Assembly (NCBI GenBank): GCA_036507955.1
Contig: DATCIH010000055.1
Coordinates: 1-59,059 of the forward strand
DNA: 59,059 nucleotides
Reading direction: 5' to 3'
From: Clostridiaceae bacterium
GTDB taxonomy: Bacteria; Bacillota; Clostridia; Clostridiales; Clostridiaceae
The notes under the pieces were generated by a model. It was not told the DNA's origin. It ran no database searches and saw nothing but the letters and a program-made list of their open reading frames with translations. Positions 30,057 through 39,862 of this stretch are shown one piece after another (the first letter of the stretch is position 1; the number at the start of each line of letters is the position of its first letter). The position numbers were made by a program, and so were the translations under genes.

Positions 30057-31100
30057 TTGAAGCTTAAAGATTTAGGATGGAATGAGTTTTTTAAAGAAAG
30101 CTTTAATGACTTGTGGAAAGAAGGAATTATTCCTGGAAGAATATTCAGTGAACAAAGGGGAGAATACAAGATTCAGACAGAAGCAGGAATATTATCTTGT
30201 AGGATATCTGGAAAATTAAGATTATCCTTTGATCAAGGGGGCGAGGTGCCAGCGGTAGGTGACTTTGTTATGGTAGCACCTAGAGCGGATGAGGGAAGCG
30301 GTACTATTCACAATATATTATCAAGAAAAACTAAACTATCAAGAAAGATAGCAGGGGAAGTTACCCGTGAACAGGTAATGGTTACAAATATAGATTATGT
30401 ATTTATAGTTATGGCTCTTAACAATGATTTTAATATTAAAAGGTTAGACAGATATCTTATTGTAGCTTGGGAAAGTGGGGCAATTCCAGTTGTCCTATTA
30501 ACAAAAGCAGATTTATGTATAGACCTTGCGGAAAAGCTTGAGGAGGTTCAAAACTCAGCTCTTGGAGTTATGGTTCATGCTGTTAGTACTGTTATCCCAA
30601 TTGGTATAGATACGGTTAAGGAATATATAAAGCCTGGTACAACCACCGCTTTGATTGGTTCCTCTGGTGTGGGAAAGTCTACCCTTATAAATGCAATACT
30701 TGGTGAAGAGGTGCAAAAGGTAGAGGGGCTTAGAGATGATGATAGGGGTAGGCATACCTCCACTTACAGGTCTATTTTCTCCCTAAAAGATGGGGGACTT
30801 ATTGTTGACACACCTGGAATGAGAGAACTTCAGCTTTGGACAGGAGAGGAGGGAATAATAGGAACCTATGAGGATATTAAAGCAATAGCTAAAAATTGTA
30901 GATTTAAGGATTGTCAGCATAAAAAGGAACCAGGTTGTGCTATAAATGAAGCTTTAGATGAGGGCATTCTTGTAGCTGAAAGGCTTGAAAGCTATAAAAA
31001 GCTTCAAAAGGAACTACTATATATAGAAGGAAAGCAAAAGGAAATTGAAAGAGCTATGAACAAAAAGCAAACCAGGCTTACTTCTAAAATTAAAGCATAA
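30057..31100 (+). CDS. rsgA: Ribosome small-subunit-dependent GTPase A (RsgA/YjeQ)
   Basis: Circularly permuted GTPase motifs (LLTKADL, GSSGVGKSTLINAI, DTPG). C-terminal zinc finger (CRFKDCQHKKEPGCAI). TTG start. Confidence 0.9.
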   Translation: MKLKDLGWNEFFKESFNDLWKEGIIPGRIFSEQRGEYKIQTEAGILSCRISGKLRLSFDQGGEVPAVGDFVMVAPRADEGSGTIHNILSRKTKLSRKIAGEVTREQVMVTNIDYVFIVMALNNDFNIKRLDRYLIVAWESGAIPVVLLTKADLCIDLAEKLEEVQNSALGVMVHAVSTVIPIGIDTVKEYIKPGTTTALIGSSGVGKSTLINAILGEEVQKVEGLRDDDRGRHTSTYRSIFSLKDGGLIVDTPGMRELQLWTGEEGIIGTYEDIKAIAKNCRFKDCQHKKEPGCAINEALDEGILVAERLESYKKLQKELLYIEGKQKEIERAMNKKQTRLTSKIKA

Positions 31101-31180
31101 ATGGAAATATTTTTATAAGCATACAAAATAAGAATGTAGTATAATTAACTTATAATTATACTACTGTAAGGGGTGAGGGT

Positions 31181-32005
31181 ATGTCCATTTGTACCGAGTG
31201 TGGTAAAAGTATGGAAGAAGAGGCAAGATATTGCTCTAATTGTGGAAAGCCTACTTCAGAAGAAGCTAGTTTTATAAGGAAAAAGAGTAAATCTAAGTTA
31301 AATATTGCAATAATAGAGTTAGGAAATATCTTTAAAAAGTTAACATTAAAACCTATTGCTACAATTGAGCAGGTTAAAGATATCCTTAGTCAAGAAAGTA
31401 CCATTATACTTACACTTGTTTTAGCATGTATAAATGGCCTTCTTAGCATGTGGGCTATGAAGGCATTTTCTACTATACTGCTCAATAAAATAAGTAGTGT
31501 TTTTAGAGCTTATCTAGAGAACATATACATGCTTTTAAGTGGTGGCAATTTACCAATGAACGCAAATATAACTTTGAAAATAGCCTATGACAAGCTATTT
31601 CTATATTCTACTTTAAGTTATCTGGTTTTTGCAGGTACCCTATTTGTAGCCTTATTTATTTTTTATAAGTATATGCTCAAGGGTCGCGATGCTAGAATTA
31701 CCTTATGGAAGTTAGCAGTTGTGACTACAATTCCTTTAGTGGTAGCAGAGTTTTTGGCAATGTGTTTATTATATATATCTCCATTAATTTCTATAGGAAT
31801 AATAATATTTGCCATTGTATTTTCAGCTTTAATCTTATCTAAAGGGTTTAATTGCTTAGTAGAAGAAAAAGAAAATAAAATTATATACATTGTCCCTTTA
31901 GTTTATTTTCTTGCGATTTTAATCACTTGCATTGTTTTGTCATTTATGCTGAAGTCATTAAATATCAGTATTATAAATCCTTTTATACCGGGAGCTACAG
32001 CTTAA
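31181..32005 (+). CDS. Zinc-ribbon / Yip1-like membrane protein
   Basis: N-terminal CTECG...CSNCG zinc ribbon followed by 4–5 TM segments. Confidence 0.5.
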   Translation: MSICTECGKSMEEEARYCSNCGKPTSEEASFIRKKSKSKLNIAIIELGNIFKKLTLKPIATIEQVKDILSQESTIILTLVLACINGLLSMWAMKAFSTILLNKISSVFRAYLENIYMLLSGGNLPMNANITLKIAYDKLFLYSTLSYLVFAGTLFVALFIFYKYMLKGRDARITLWKLAVVTTIPLVVAEFLAMCLLYISPLISIGIIIFAIVFSALILSKGFNCLVEEKENKIIYIVPLVYFLAILITCIVLSFMLKSLNISIINPFIPGATA

Positions 32006-32264
32006 AAGATATGTAATAAAATAAGACAAGCTCTAATATTATAATTAAAGGGATACCTATAACAAATTTTAAACGTTTTGTTTTATGATGAAAGACGTAC
32101 ATTCCAAAAAGATCTCCAATGCCACCACCTAGTAATGCAACTAAGAAAAAAGTTCGCTCCTGTATACGCCACTTCTTTTTAATGGCTCTTTTTTTATCAA
32201 TAAACATTAAGGCAAACCCAAAGCAGTTAATTAAAACTAAATATGTAATTAAAAAATATTTCAT
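31995..32264 (-). CDS. DUF1294-family small membrane protein
   Basis: MFIDKKRAIKKKWRIQE motif typical of DUF1294. 89 aa. Confidence 0.6.
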   Translation of the reverse strand: MKYFLITYLVLINCFGFALMFIDKKRAIKKKWRIQERTFFLVALLGGGIGDLFGMYVFHHKTKRLKFVIGIPLIIILELVLFYYISFKL

Positions 32265-32510
32265 TTATCCCCTCCCTATTGAATATGCTTTTATTATACC
32301 AGCTTTAAGGGCTGAATTTTATGGAAGCTAGATAACATTAGAAATAAAGAGATATCAAGAGCAATAGCCAGAGAAAATCAATTAATCTGATCAGGACGAG
32401 CTTTAAATAAAGGCAGTTATCCAATAATGATATTGAGTTATTCAATACTGTATAATATAATATATATTATACTTATAAGTGATAATTATTAAATAAGAGG
32501 AGGATATTAA

Positions 32511-34586
32511 ATGACACAACAATTAACAATTGCTATCATTTCAGTTGTAGGAGTATTATTTTTATTATGGGTACTAGGAATTAGAATTATTTCCAGTAAC
32601 CAGGTTGCCATAGTTGAAAAATGGTGGTCATCAAAGGGTTCCTTGACAGAACAGATTATAGCCCTTCATAGGGAAGCCGGCTACCAACCAGAGGTACTAA
32701 GAGGTGGAATACATCTATTAACACCACTTTTATATAAAGTTCATATAGTACCTCTTGTAACTATACCTCAGGGAAAGATAGGTTATGTATTTGCCAGAGA
32801 TGGTAAACCGCTAGAACCAATTCAGACCTTAGGTAAAATAATTACACAAAGTAATAATTTTCAAAATGTAAGAGCTTTTCTTGAGAATGGCGGTCAGAAA
32901 GGACCTCAACGACCAATAATCAGAGAGGGTACCTACGCTTTTAATTTAGCTCAATTTATTGTAATCACAGAAAATAGCACTTATTATCTTCCAATGGGTA
33001 ATAAGATAGAACAGGAATCAATTTTGGATATGGCTAAGAAGATTAGCTCAAAGGGTGGTTTTGAACCTGTAATTATTCAAGGCGAAAGTGATCTTGTGGG
33101 AATTATAACAGTACATGATGGTCCTTCCTTAGGAAAGGATAATATCATATGTCCAATTGTTGGTGATAATCCTACTGATTTAAATTATCATAATAATTTC
33201 CAGGATCCTGAGAAGTTCCTTGAGGCAGGTGGCTTTAGAGGTAGGCAATATCAGGTACTAGCAGATGGTACTTACTTTATAAATAGATTGTTTGCCACCA
33301 TTGAATTCATAAAGAAAACGGTAATACCTGTAGGCTATGTAGGAGTCGTAGTATCTTATACTGGTGCTAAGGGTGAGGATTCAACAGGAATTGACTATAA
33401 GCATGGTGAGCTTGTAGCAAATGGCTTCAGAGGTGTATGGAGCGATCCATTAATGCCTGGTAAATATGCTTTCAATACTTATGCAGGTAGTATAATGCAG
33501 GTTCCTACTACCAATGTTATATTGAAATGGATAAGCAATCAAAGTGGTTCTCATAATTACGATACAAATCTTACTGAGGTAAGTCTTATCACGAAGGATG
33601 CTTTTGAACCATCCTTGCCTTTATCTGTGGTATTCCACATTGATTATAGAAAAGCACCACTTGTAATTCAACGTTTTGGTGATATTAAGATGTTAGTTGA
33701 TCAGACTCTTGATCCTATGGTTTCCGCATACTTTAAAAACGTAGGTCAGACTAAAACTCTTATAGAGTTAATTCAACACAGAAATGAAATACAAGATCAA
33801 GCTTCTCTTGAGATGAAAACTAAGTTTGATCATTATAACTTAGAGATGGAAGAAGTACTTATTGGTACTCCAACAAGCTCTAAAAATGATACTAATATAG
33901 AAGGAATATTAACTCAGCTTCGTTCAAGACAGCTTGCAAGAGAACAACTTGAAACCTATTCAAATCAACAGACCGCAGCTGAAAAGGAAAAAGAGCTTAG
34001 AGAAGCAGAAGCAATGGCTAAGCAACAAACCGCTCTTACAGAATCTGATGTAAATATCAGAATTCAAGAGAATACTGGTAAGGCTGAATTTATGAAATCT
34101 AAGCAGGATGCAGAAAAGATACAAAGATTATCTGAAGCTGAAGCTTACAAGGTTAAGCAGCAGGCAGAGGCAGAAGCCTTCAGAGTTAAACAGACCGGTG
34201 AAGCAGAAGCCTTTAGAATTAAAACTGTAGGTGAAGCTGAAGCTGATAGAGAAGCAAGAGTTGGTATATCAATGGCAATAGCAGCTAGTGAGCAGGTTAA
34301 TGCTTACGGCGGATCTAAATTCAAGATTACTCAAGATGTAATGAATAATTTTGCAGATGCTATTAAAACTTCTGGAGTAGAAATTGTTCCAAGAACAGTT
34401 ATAACCTCAGGTGGCGAGGGTGAAGGAAAGAACGTTACAAATGCCTTTGAAAGCATGATAATGTTATTACTTAGCGATAAGCTTACATTAAATGGGGATG
34501 TTATGACTAAGTCTTCACCAGAAGCTGAAAAGCTAAAAAAAGAGATTTTAGAAAAAATATCAAGAGATAATAATATACAGAAATAA
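32511..34586 (+). CDS. Flotillin-like SPFH/band-7 protein with C-terminal EA-repeat coiled coil
   Basis: N-terminal TM segment, a central SPFH domain, and AEAEAF/EAEAF repeats (AEAEAFRVKQTGEAEAFRIKTVGEAEADREA). At 691 aa it is about 180 aa longer than FloT. Confidence 0.7.
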   Translation: MTQQLTIAIISVVGVLFLLWVLGIRIISSNQVAIVEKWWSSKGSLTEQIIALHREAGYQPEVLRGGIHLLTPLLYKVHIVPLVTIPQGKIGYVFARDGKPLEPIQTLGKIITQSNNFQNVRAFLENGGQKGPQRPIIREGTYAFNLAQFIVITENSTYYLPMGNKIEQESILDMAKKISSKGGFEPVIIQGESDLVGIITVHDGPSLGKDNIICPIVGDNPTDLNYHNNFQDPEKFLEAGGFRGRQYQVLADGTYFINRLFATIEFIKKTVIPVGYVGVVVSYTGAKGEDSTGIDYKHGELVANGFRGVWSDPLMPGKYAFNTYAGSIMQVPTTNVILKWISNQSGSHNYDTNLTEVSLITKDAFEPSLPLSVVFHIDYRKAPLVIQRFGDIKMLVDQTLDPMVSAYFKNVGQTKTLIELIQHRNEIQDQASLEMKTKFDHYNLEMEEVLIGTPTSSKNDTNIEGILTQLRSRQLAREQLETYSNQQTAAEKEKELREAEAMAKQQTALTESDVNIRIQENTGKAEFMKSKQDAEKIQRLSEAEAYKVKQQAEAEAFRVKQTGEAEAFRIKTVGEAEADREARVGISMAIAASEQVNAYGGSKFKITQDVMNNFADAIKTSGVEIVPRTVITSGGEGEGKNVTNAFESMIMLLLSDKLTLNGDVMTKSSPEAEKLKKEILEKISRDNNIQK

Positions 34587-34588
34587 AG

Positions 34589-34632
34589 AAAAACGAACCC
34601 GTTGAGCTTTTGCTCAACGGGTTCGTTTTTGT
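34589..34632. terminator. Strong bidirectional intrinsic terminator
   Basis: aaaaacgaacccgttgagc-ttttg-ctcaacgggttcgttttt, a perfect 17-bp stem. Confidence 0.8.
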
Positions 34633-34768
34633 TATATAACTCTTTCTATATGATTTCTAAAATATAGTAAACATGCTATAATTTTATACAGTGCTATGTA
34701 TACTCTAAAAATGCAATTCATACAACATAGTATGGCGAAGTAAAGATTCTTAATATAAAGGACGGTGA

Positions 34769-35224
34769 ATGAATTTGGAACAAATCCTGTTTGAAACAAG
34801 AACGGATTTTCGAAATTGGTTAGCGGACAATTGTACCACAAGTAGCGGAAGTTGGTTGGTGTTCAGTAAACACGCTAATATTAAAACGCTTAAAGCTAGT
34901 GAAGCTCTTGAAGAAGCACTATGTTTTGGTTGGATTGACGGGCAAATGCAAAGTATTGACGAAACAAAGTATTTAAAATACTTTTCGATAAGAAGAAAAG
35001 GAAGCAAGTGGTCAGATAAAAATAAAAAGCTTGTAAAAGAGCTTGAGCCTATTTCAGAAGAGCAAGTACAAATGGTTACAGAACTAATAAAAGATACGGA
35101 ACCAGCATTCACTAATTTTATGTCTATGTCGCCTTCTGTTAGAAAAAACTATACTGGGCTATATTTTGATGCTAAATCTTATGTAAAGGCACATCAATCT
35201 TATGAGAGGAATATTGAACCATAG
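34769..35224 (+). CDS. YdeI/OmdA-family protein
   Basis: FRNWLADN...GSWLVFSKH...EALCFGWIDGQMQSIDETKYLKYFSIRRKGSKWS matches the YdeI pattern. Confidence 0.55.
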   Translation: MNLEQILFETRTDFRNWLADNCTTSSGSWLVFSKHANIKTLKASEALEEALCFGWIDGQMQSIDETKYLKYFSIRRKGSKWSDKNKKLVKELEPISEEQVQMVTELIKDTEPAFTNFMSMSPSVRKNYTGLYFDAKSYVKAHQSYERNIEP

Positions 35225-35280
35225 TAATAAATTGTTCATTAATTACTTATATATTTTCATTATCATAGGAGGAGATAGAT

Positions 35281-35973
35281 ATGGATAAAAAAGAGTTATG
35301 GAACTCTCAACAAAAGTTATTAAAAAGTATAATAACGAAATTAGATGAATTTGATGAAGCAATTAAATTATGTTTAGACCAACACTCTATGGTACATACA
35401 TCCGAAATGTCGCAAACAAATGTTGTAACATTTGAGGATGAATTATGGGATGGATTGGAGGAAGTAACATTTCGTACTATGCCAACTGAAAAGGATGAAG
35501 CAACTATAGCTTGGTGTTTATGGCATTCAACAAGAATAGAAGATATAACAATGAATATATTAGTTGCTGATGATACTCAAGTTTTAAATAACGATAATTG
35601 GCTTAAGAAAATGAATGTAAGGGTTTGTGACACAGGTAATGCCATGACTAATAAAGAAATTGTTGATTTTAGTTTAAGTATGGATATGCAGGAATTGAGA
35701 AATTATAGAAAAACTGTGGGCAGAAAGACTCGTGAAATTATTAAAAGATTTGAGCCATCAGATTTAAAAAGGAAAATAGAGGCAAATAGATTACAGCGTA
35801 TTTTAGATGAAGGCGGAGTGTTAAATGTTGAAGGTGCAAATTGGTTAATTGATTTTTGGGGTAGGAAGAATGTTGCAGGTATTTTATTAATGCCCATAAC
35901 TCGTCACCATATTGTACATATTAATGAATCAATTCGACTGAAGGAAAAGTGCAGAAAATTGGCTGAAAGATAA
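35281..35973 (+). CDS. Hypothetical protein (possible DinB-like helical bundle)
   Basis: 230 aa. Histidine-containing segments (WCLWHSTRIEDITMN, ITRHHIVHINES) are suggestive but not diagnostic. Confidence 0.35.
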   Translation: MDKKELWNSQQKLLKSIITKLDEFDEAIKLCLDQHSMVHTSEMSQTNVVTFEDELWDGLEEVTFRTMPTEKDEATIAWCLWHSTRIEDITMNILVADDTQVLNNDNWLKKMNVRVCDTGNAMTNKEIVDFSLSMDMQELRNYRKTVGRKTREIIKRFEPSDLKRKIEANRLQRILDEGGVLNVEGANWLIDFWGRKNVAGILLMPITRHHIVHINESIRLKEKCRKLAER

Positions 35974-36119
35974 TGTAAAGATCAAAGATAACATTGTTCA
36001 GAAAATTCTTATACCATACTAAATATTCTTATATTAAGGTTACACTATTCTTATCTTGTGAAGTAAAGGTAGTTTTATGCGTACTTTCAAATGTTTATAT
36101 AATAGGGAGATGTACAAAG

Positions 36120-36641
36120 ATGATTAAAGTTAGATTAGAAGGAGAACAAGACTACCGAATTGTTGAAGAAGTGACTAAAGATGCATTTTCTTATCCTGAA
36201 AGAATTAAACGTTCAAAAATAGGATGATGTCTGGAACACTATATGGTTCATTCGTTAAGAGAAAAGGATGGAATTAATGAACTCAGTTTTGTGGCTGAAA
36301 TTGATGGTAAAATAGTAGGACATATTATATATAGTAAAGCATATATACTCCAACCCACTGGTATGAAAGTAGAGGTTTTAAACTTTGGACCATTAAGTGT
36401 ACAATCAGATTATCAGAAGAGGGGTGTAGGAATTGCCTTAATGAAGCATTCAATAGAATGTGCAAAAGAATTTGAAGTTACCGATTGTGAAGGATGTAAT
36501 TATCCTGCTTTTATGGCAATGGAATTGAAGAAAGATTATTTGAAGGATGTAACAGGAAAATTTTACGAGGCACCAATTTATAATGATGATTTAAACAGAG
36601 AACAAGCAAAAGCTTTTGATGACCAGTTTTGTAGATTATGA
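36120..36641 (+). pseudogene. GNAT acetyltransferase interrupted by an in-frame TGA (36228–36230) directly before a Cys codon
   Basis: ...ERIKRSKIG-TGA-CLEHYMVHSLREKDG... is continuous in one frame. The ORF track splits it into 35994..36227 and 36243..36641, which are in the same phase. RBS agggaga sits upstream of the Met at 36120. Confidence 0.55.
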
Positions 36642-36762
36642 GTATAATATTCAGTTGAGTTAATTCTGAATTTTCTTAAACTGCTTCGTTGCAGCATTAA
36701 AATGTTGACTTTATCAGTAGACGTTATTAATGGGGGATATTTTGTATATAGGAGGCATTATA

Positions 36763-37443
36763 TTGAAGTATTTACTATGGGATTTTGATAATACATTGGC
36801 TTATAGAGATGGGATGTGGGTAAGTACCATATATGAATTATTAAATGAATATGGATATAATCATATTAGTATGAAAGATATAAGGCCTTTTTTAATGAGT
36901 GGATTTCCTTGGCATTCTCCAGAAATAGCACATGAAGATTTTTTTAAAGACAAGCATTGGTGGGAGTATATGAATGAGTATTTTTCTAGTATACTTCAAA
37001 AATTAGGAATTGAAAAAACAATAGCAAATATAATATCGGAAAATATTAAATCCAAATATCTAGAATTAAATAAATGGTACCTTTATGATGATACTATTTA
37101 TTGCTTAAAACGAACGGTTGAAAAGGGTTATAAAAATATAATTCTTTCTAATCATGTACCTGAGCTTAAGGAGTTAGTAATGAATTTAGGAATAATAGAT
37201 TACTTTGTTAAAGTATATTCTTCTGCTGATTTAGGATATGAGAAGCCAAATATAAAAATATATGAGAAAATACTTAAAGATTTAAATGCTGTTGAGAGTA
37301 TAACTATGATTGGTGATAGTTATACTGCTGACATACAAGGGGCAAAATCAGCAGGTATTGATGCTATTTTAGTAAGAAAAAGTAATGATCATAATTATGA
37401 TAAATATTATGTTTCATTAAAAGAATTGGCAGATTGTATATAG
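36763..37443 (+). CDS. HAD-family hydrolase
   Basis: Motif I (LWDFDNTL). TTG start 7 nt after the aggagg RBS. C-terminal GDSYTADIQGAKSAG is HAD motif IV. Confidence 0.7.
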   Translation: MKYLLWDFDNTLAYRDGMWVSTIYELLNEYGYNHISMKDIRPFLMSGFPWHSPEIAHEDFFKDKHWWEYMNEYFSSILQKLGIEKTIANIISENIKSKYLELNKWYLYDDTIYCLKRTVEKGYKNIILSNHVPELKELVMNLGIIDYFVKVYSSADLGYEKPNIKIYEKILKDLNAVESITMIGDSYTADIQGAKSAGIDAILVRKSNDHNYDKYYVSLKELADCI

Positions 37444-37532
37444 TTTCATAAGACAAAATGGTGCCTAAACTGTGTTGTTGTGGTAGAAAATGGCGAAGTA
37501 AAGGTTATTAATATGATGGGAAGTGAATTAAT

Positions 37533-38147
37533 ATGATTAAAGCAATACTATTTGATTTCGATGGTGTACTAACGACTGATGCAACTGGTTCACAGTCGAT
37601 ATGTAATTACATTTGTAAGAAAACCGGCTTAGATGCAGAAGTATTTAAAAAAGAATATTACCAATATAACAATGACCTTTTGTACGGAAAAACTAATCAT
37701 GAAAACATTTGGGAGGCATTGTGCAAGGGGCTAAACACCAAAATTGGAATAAGTATATTGTATGAATCCTTTATAAATACACCTATAGATAATCAAATGA
37801 TAGCGATTGTAGATAGACTGAAAAAGCAAAATTATAAAATTGGCATGGTTACTGATAATAAGAAAGACCGTATAGATGACATTGTCAACTATTATGATTG
37901 GAATAAAATATTTGATGCAATCACTATTTCAGCAGATGTTGGTTCAGGAAAAGATTATAGTGAGATTTTTGTGAGAATTATAGAGTGCCTTAATTTAACT
38001 GCCAACGAGTGTGTATTTATTGATAATCAAGAAAAGAATCTTATTATTCCTAAAAGTATGGGAATGAATGTTATTTATTTTGACCACGAAAAAAGAAATT
38101 ACGAAAAACTTATTCAGGAATTTAGGAACTTAGCAATAATACTATAA
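37533..38147 (+). CDS. HAD-family hydrolase
   Basis: Motif I (ILFDFDGVL). 204 aa. Confidence 0.75.
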   Translation: MIKAILFDFDGVLTTDATGSQSICNYICKKTGLDAEVFKKEYYQYNNDLLYGKTNHENIWEALCKGLNTKIGISILYESFINTPIDNQMIAIVDRLKKQNYKIGMVTDNKKDRIDDIVNYYDWNKIFDAITISADVGSGKDYSEIFVRIIECLNLTANECVFIDNQEKNLIIPKSMGMNVIYFDHEKRNYEKLIQEFRNLAIIL

Positions 38148-38299
38148 AACACAACTACTAATTGAAATGGGCATAATTCAAAGTAAAAGTTAATTCACAT
38201 TCTTCGTAAATTACTCACGAAAACAATTTACAGTAATGAGTAATTTTAGAATATGATGTACTTATATAATTGGCACAGAAATGCTTAGGAGGGGATTAA

Positions 38300-39295
38300 A
38301 TGGAGAAAGAAATAAAGGAATTAATGAATGATGGTATACTTGATACCGCAGCCAAAAGGTTTGGCTTGAAATTGACAGACTTATCTTATATTGGGGGATT
38401 TCAAAATTTTGTTTATGAATATTTAAAGGAGGATAGATGGTATATATTAAGAATAACCCACAGTTCTCATCGTAGCGAAAACAACCTATTAGGAGAACTA
38501 GATTTTATTAACTATATCCATAGTAACGGAGTATCCGTGTCTAGGCCGATTATTTCGGTTTTTGGTAAGCTTACCGAAATAATAGAAATTGCCGACTCGT
38601 ATTTTATTGTTACATCTTTTGAAAAGGCTGAGGGGAAAAAAATACATTATCCAGAGTGTATGAATAATGATTCACTATCTGAGATGTGTGGAGAAATAAC
38701 TGGTCAGATTCATGCCTTATCTCTTAATTATTTACCACAGAGCATAGAAAAGACTAGACATGACTGGACTGAAAATAACTATTTAAAGAATATAACAAGG
38801 TTTATTCCATCAACTCAGCATAAGATATTTGAGCAATATGAATTACTTCAAAATCAAATTAATGGGTTAAAAAAGGAACGAAATTATGGTATTATACATG
38901 GCGACATTAATGTTGGAAACTTTTTAATAAATGGTGAAAAGCTAACTTTGTTTGACTTTGATGAATGCCAATACAGTTGGTTTATTGAGGACATTGCCAT
39001 ACAATTATTTTACATGGTTTATGTTGTTTTAGATGATTCAATAGGGGAAAGAAATTTTCAAGCTCAACGATTTATACAATGTTTTCTTAAAGGCTACAAA
39101 CGTCATTTTTCTATAGACGAAGATTCACTTAAAAGCATTCCATTATTCTTAAAACTCAGAGAATTAATTGTGTACATTGGAATGTATCGTAGTTTTAATT
39201 TAGCAAATTTAGATGAATGGACTGCTATTTATATCAATGAAAGCAGGAGGAGAATAGAAACAGGATTACCGATAGTAGCAGAAATATTTGATTAA
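38300..39295 (+). CDS. Phosphotransferase-family protein (APH/choline-kinase fold)
   Basis: HGDINVGNF Brenner motif and LFDFDEC. 331 aa. Strong RBS. Confidence 0.7.
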   Translation: MEKEIKELMNDGILDTAAKRFGLKLTDLSYIGGFQNFVYEYLKEDRWYILRITHSSHRSENNLLGELDFINYIHSNGVSVSRPIISVFGKLTEIIEIADSYFIVTSFEKAEGKKIHYPECMNNDSLSEMCGEITGQIHALSLNYLPQSIEKTRHDWTENNYLKNITRFIPSTQHKIFEQYELLQNQINGLKKERNYGIIHGDINVGNFLINGEKLTLFDFDECQYSWFIEDIAIQLFYMVYVVLDDSIGERNFQAQRFIQCFLKGYKRHFSIDEDSLKSIPLFLKLRELIVYIGMYRSFNLANLDEWTAIYINESRRRIETGLPIVAEIFD

Positions 39296-39524
39296 TTGTT
39301 TGAACGTCTTTATAACTATCTCTATAATGGGTGGTATGCCCCAACAATTATTTGCGTTCTTTTGCATGAGAAAAATTATAAGCTGAATAGTTCACACTAT
39401 TCTTAAATGATTCATCAATCCTATTTTTACGATTGATGAAAAATAGTATTCTATTGCGCTGCAAAAATAATTTATATTTTTTGATTGTATTTATATTGAC
39501 TATTTGATATAATAAATGGAAATA

Positions 39525-39760
39525 TTAAACACTTCGATGGAGAAAGTAAGGATTTATCGAACGTTACAGAGAGTCGGGAATGGTGCGAACCGATACTATA
39601 AGAAAATCATTATAAATCACTCCTGAGTGCCAGATTGAAAGCATTATTGCAAGTAAATTCTGTCGGTTTTCTACCGTTAATAAGAACGCATATGATAGTA
39701 TGCCGTATTAGATGCTGAATTTATAAATCTTCGTCCTTTTACGGATGAAGATTTTTTTAT
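39525..39760 (+). promoter_or_regulatory. Structured ~240-nt leader ending in an intrinsic terminator upstream of the methyltransferase / serine-hydrolase pair (unclassified attenuator or riboswitch)
   Basis: A promoter-like ttgtat–17–tataat is at about 39485–39517. A possible 35-codon leader ORF starts at ATG 39523. The terminator atcttcgtcc-tttta-cggatgaagat + ttttttt is at 39727–39759. No T-box antiterminator sequence is present. Confidence 0.4.
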
Positions 39761-39862
39761 GTTATATCTATAATATAAAGGCTGTGATTGGGCTATGCTT
39801 GTAGCCAGTATAATTTTATTCCACAGCAAATAGTACATTATATTTTATTGGGAGGAATAAAT

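Noticed and set aside
39525-39760. T-box or purine riboswitch assignment for the leader upstream of the methyltransferase.
   Set aside because: It has no GGTGGTACC antiterminator core. Only a short 'tttctaccg' resembles the purine J2/3 region, without matching P2/P3 helices. I left it unclassified.
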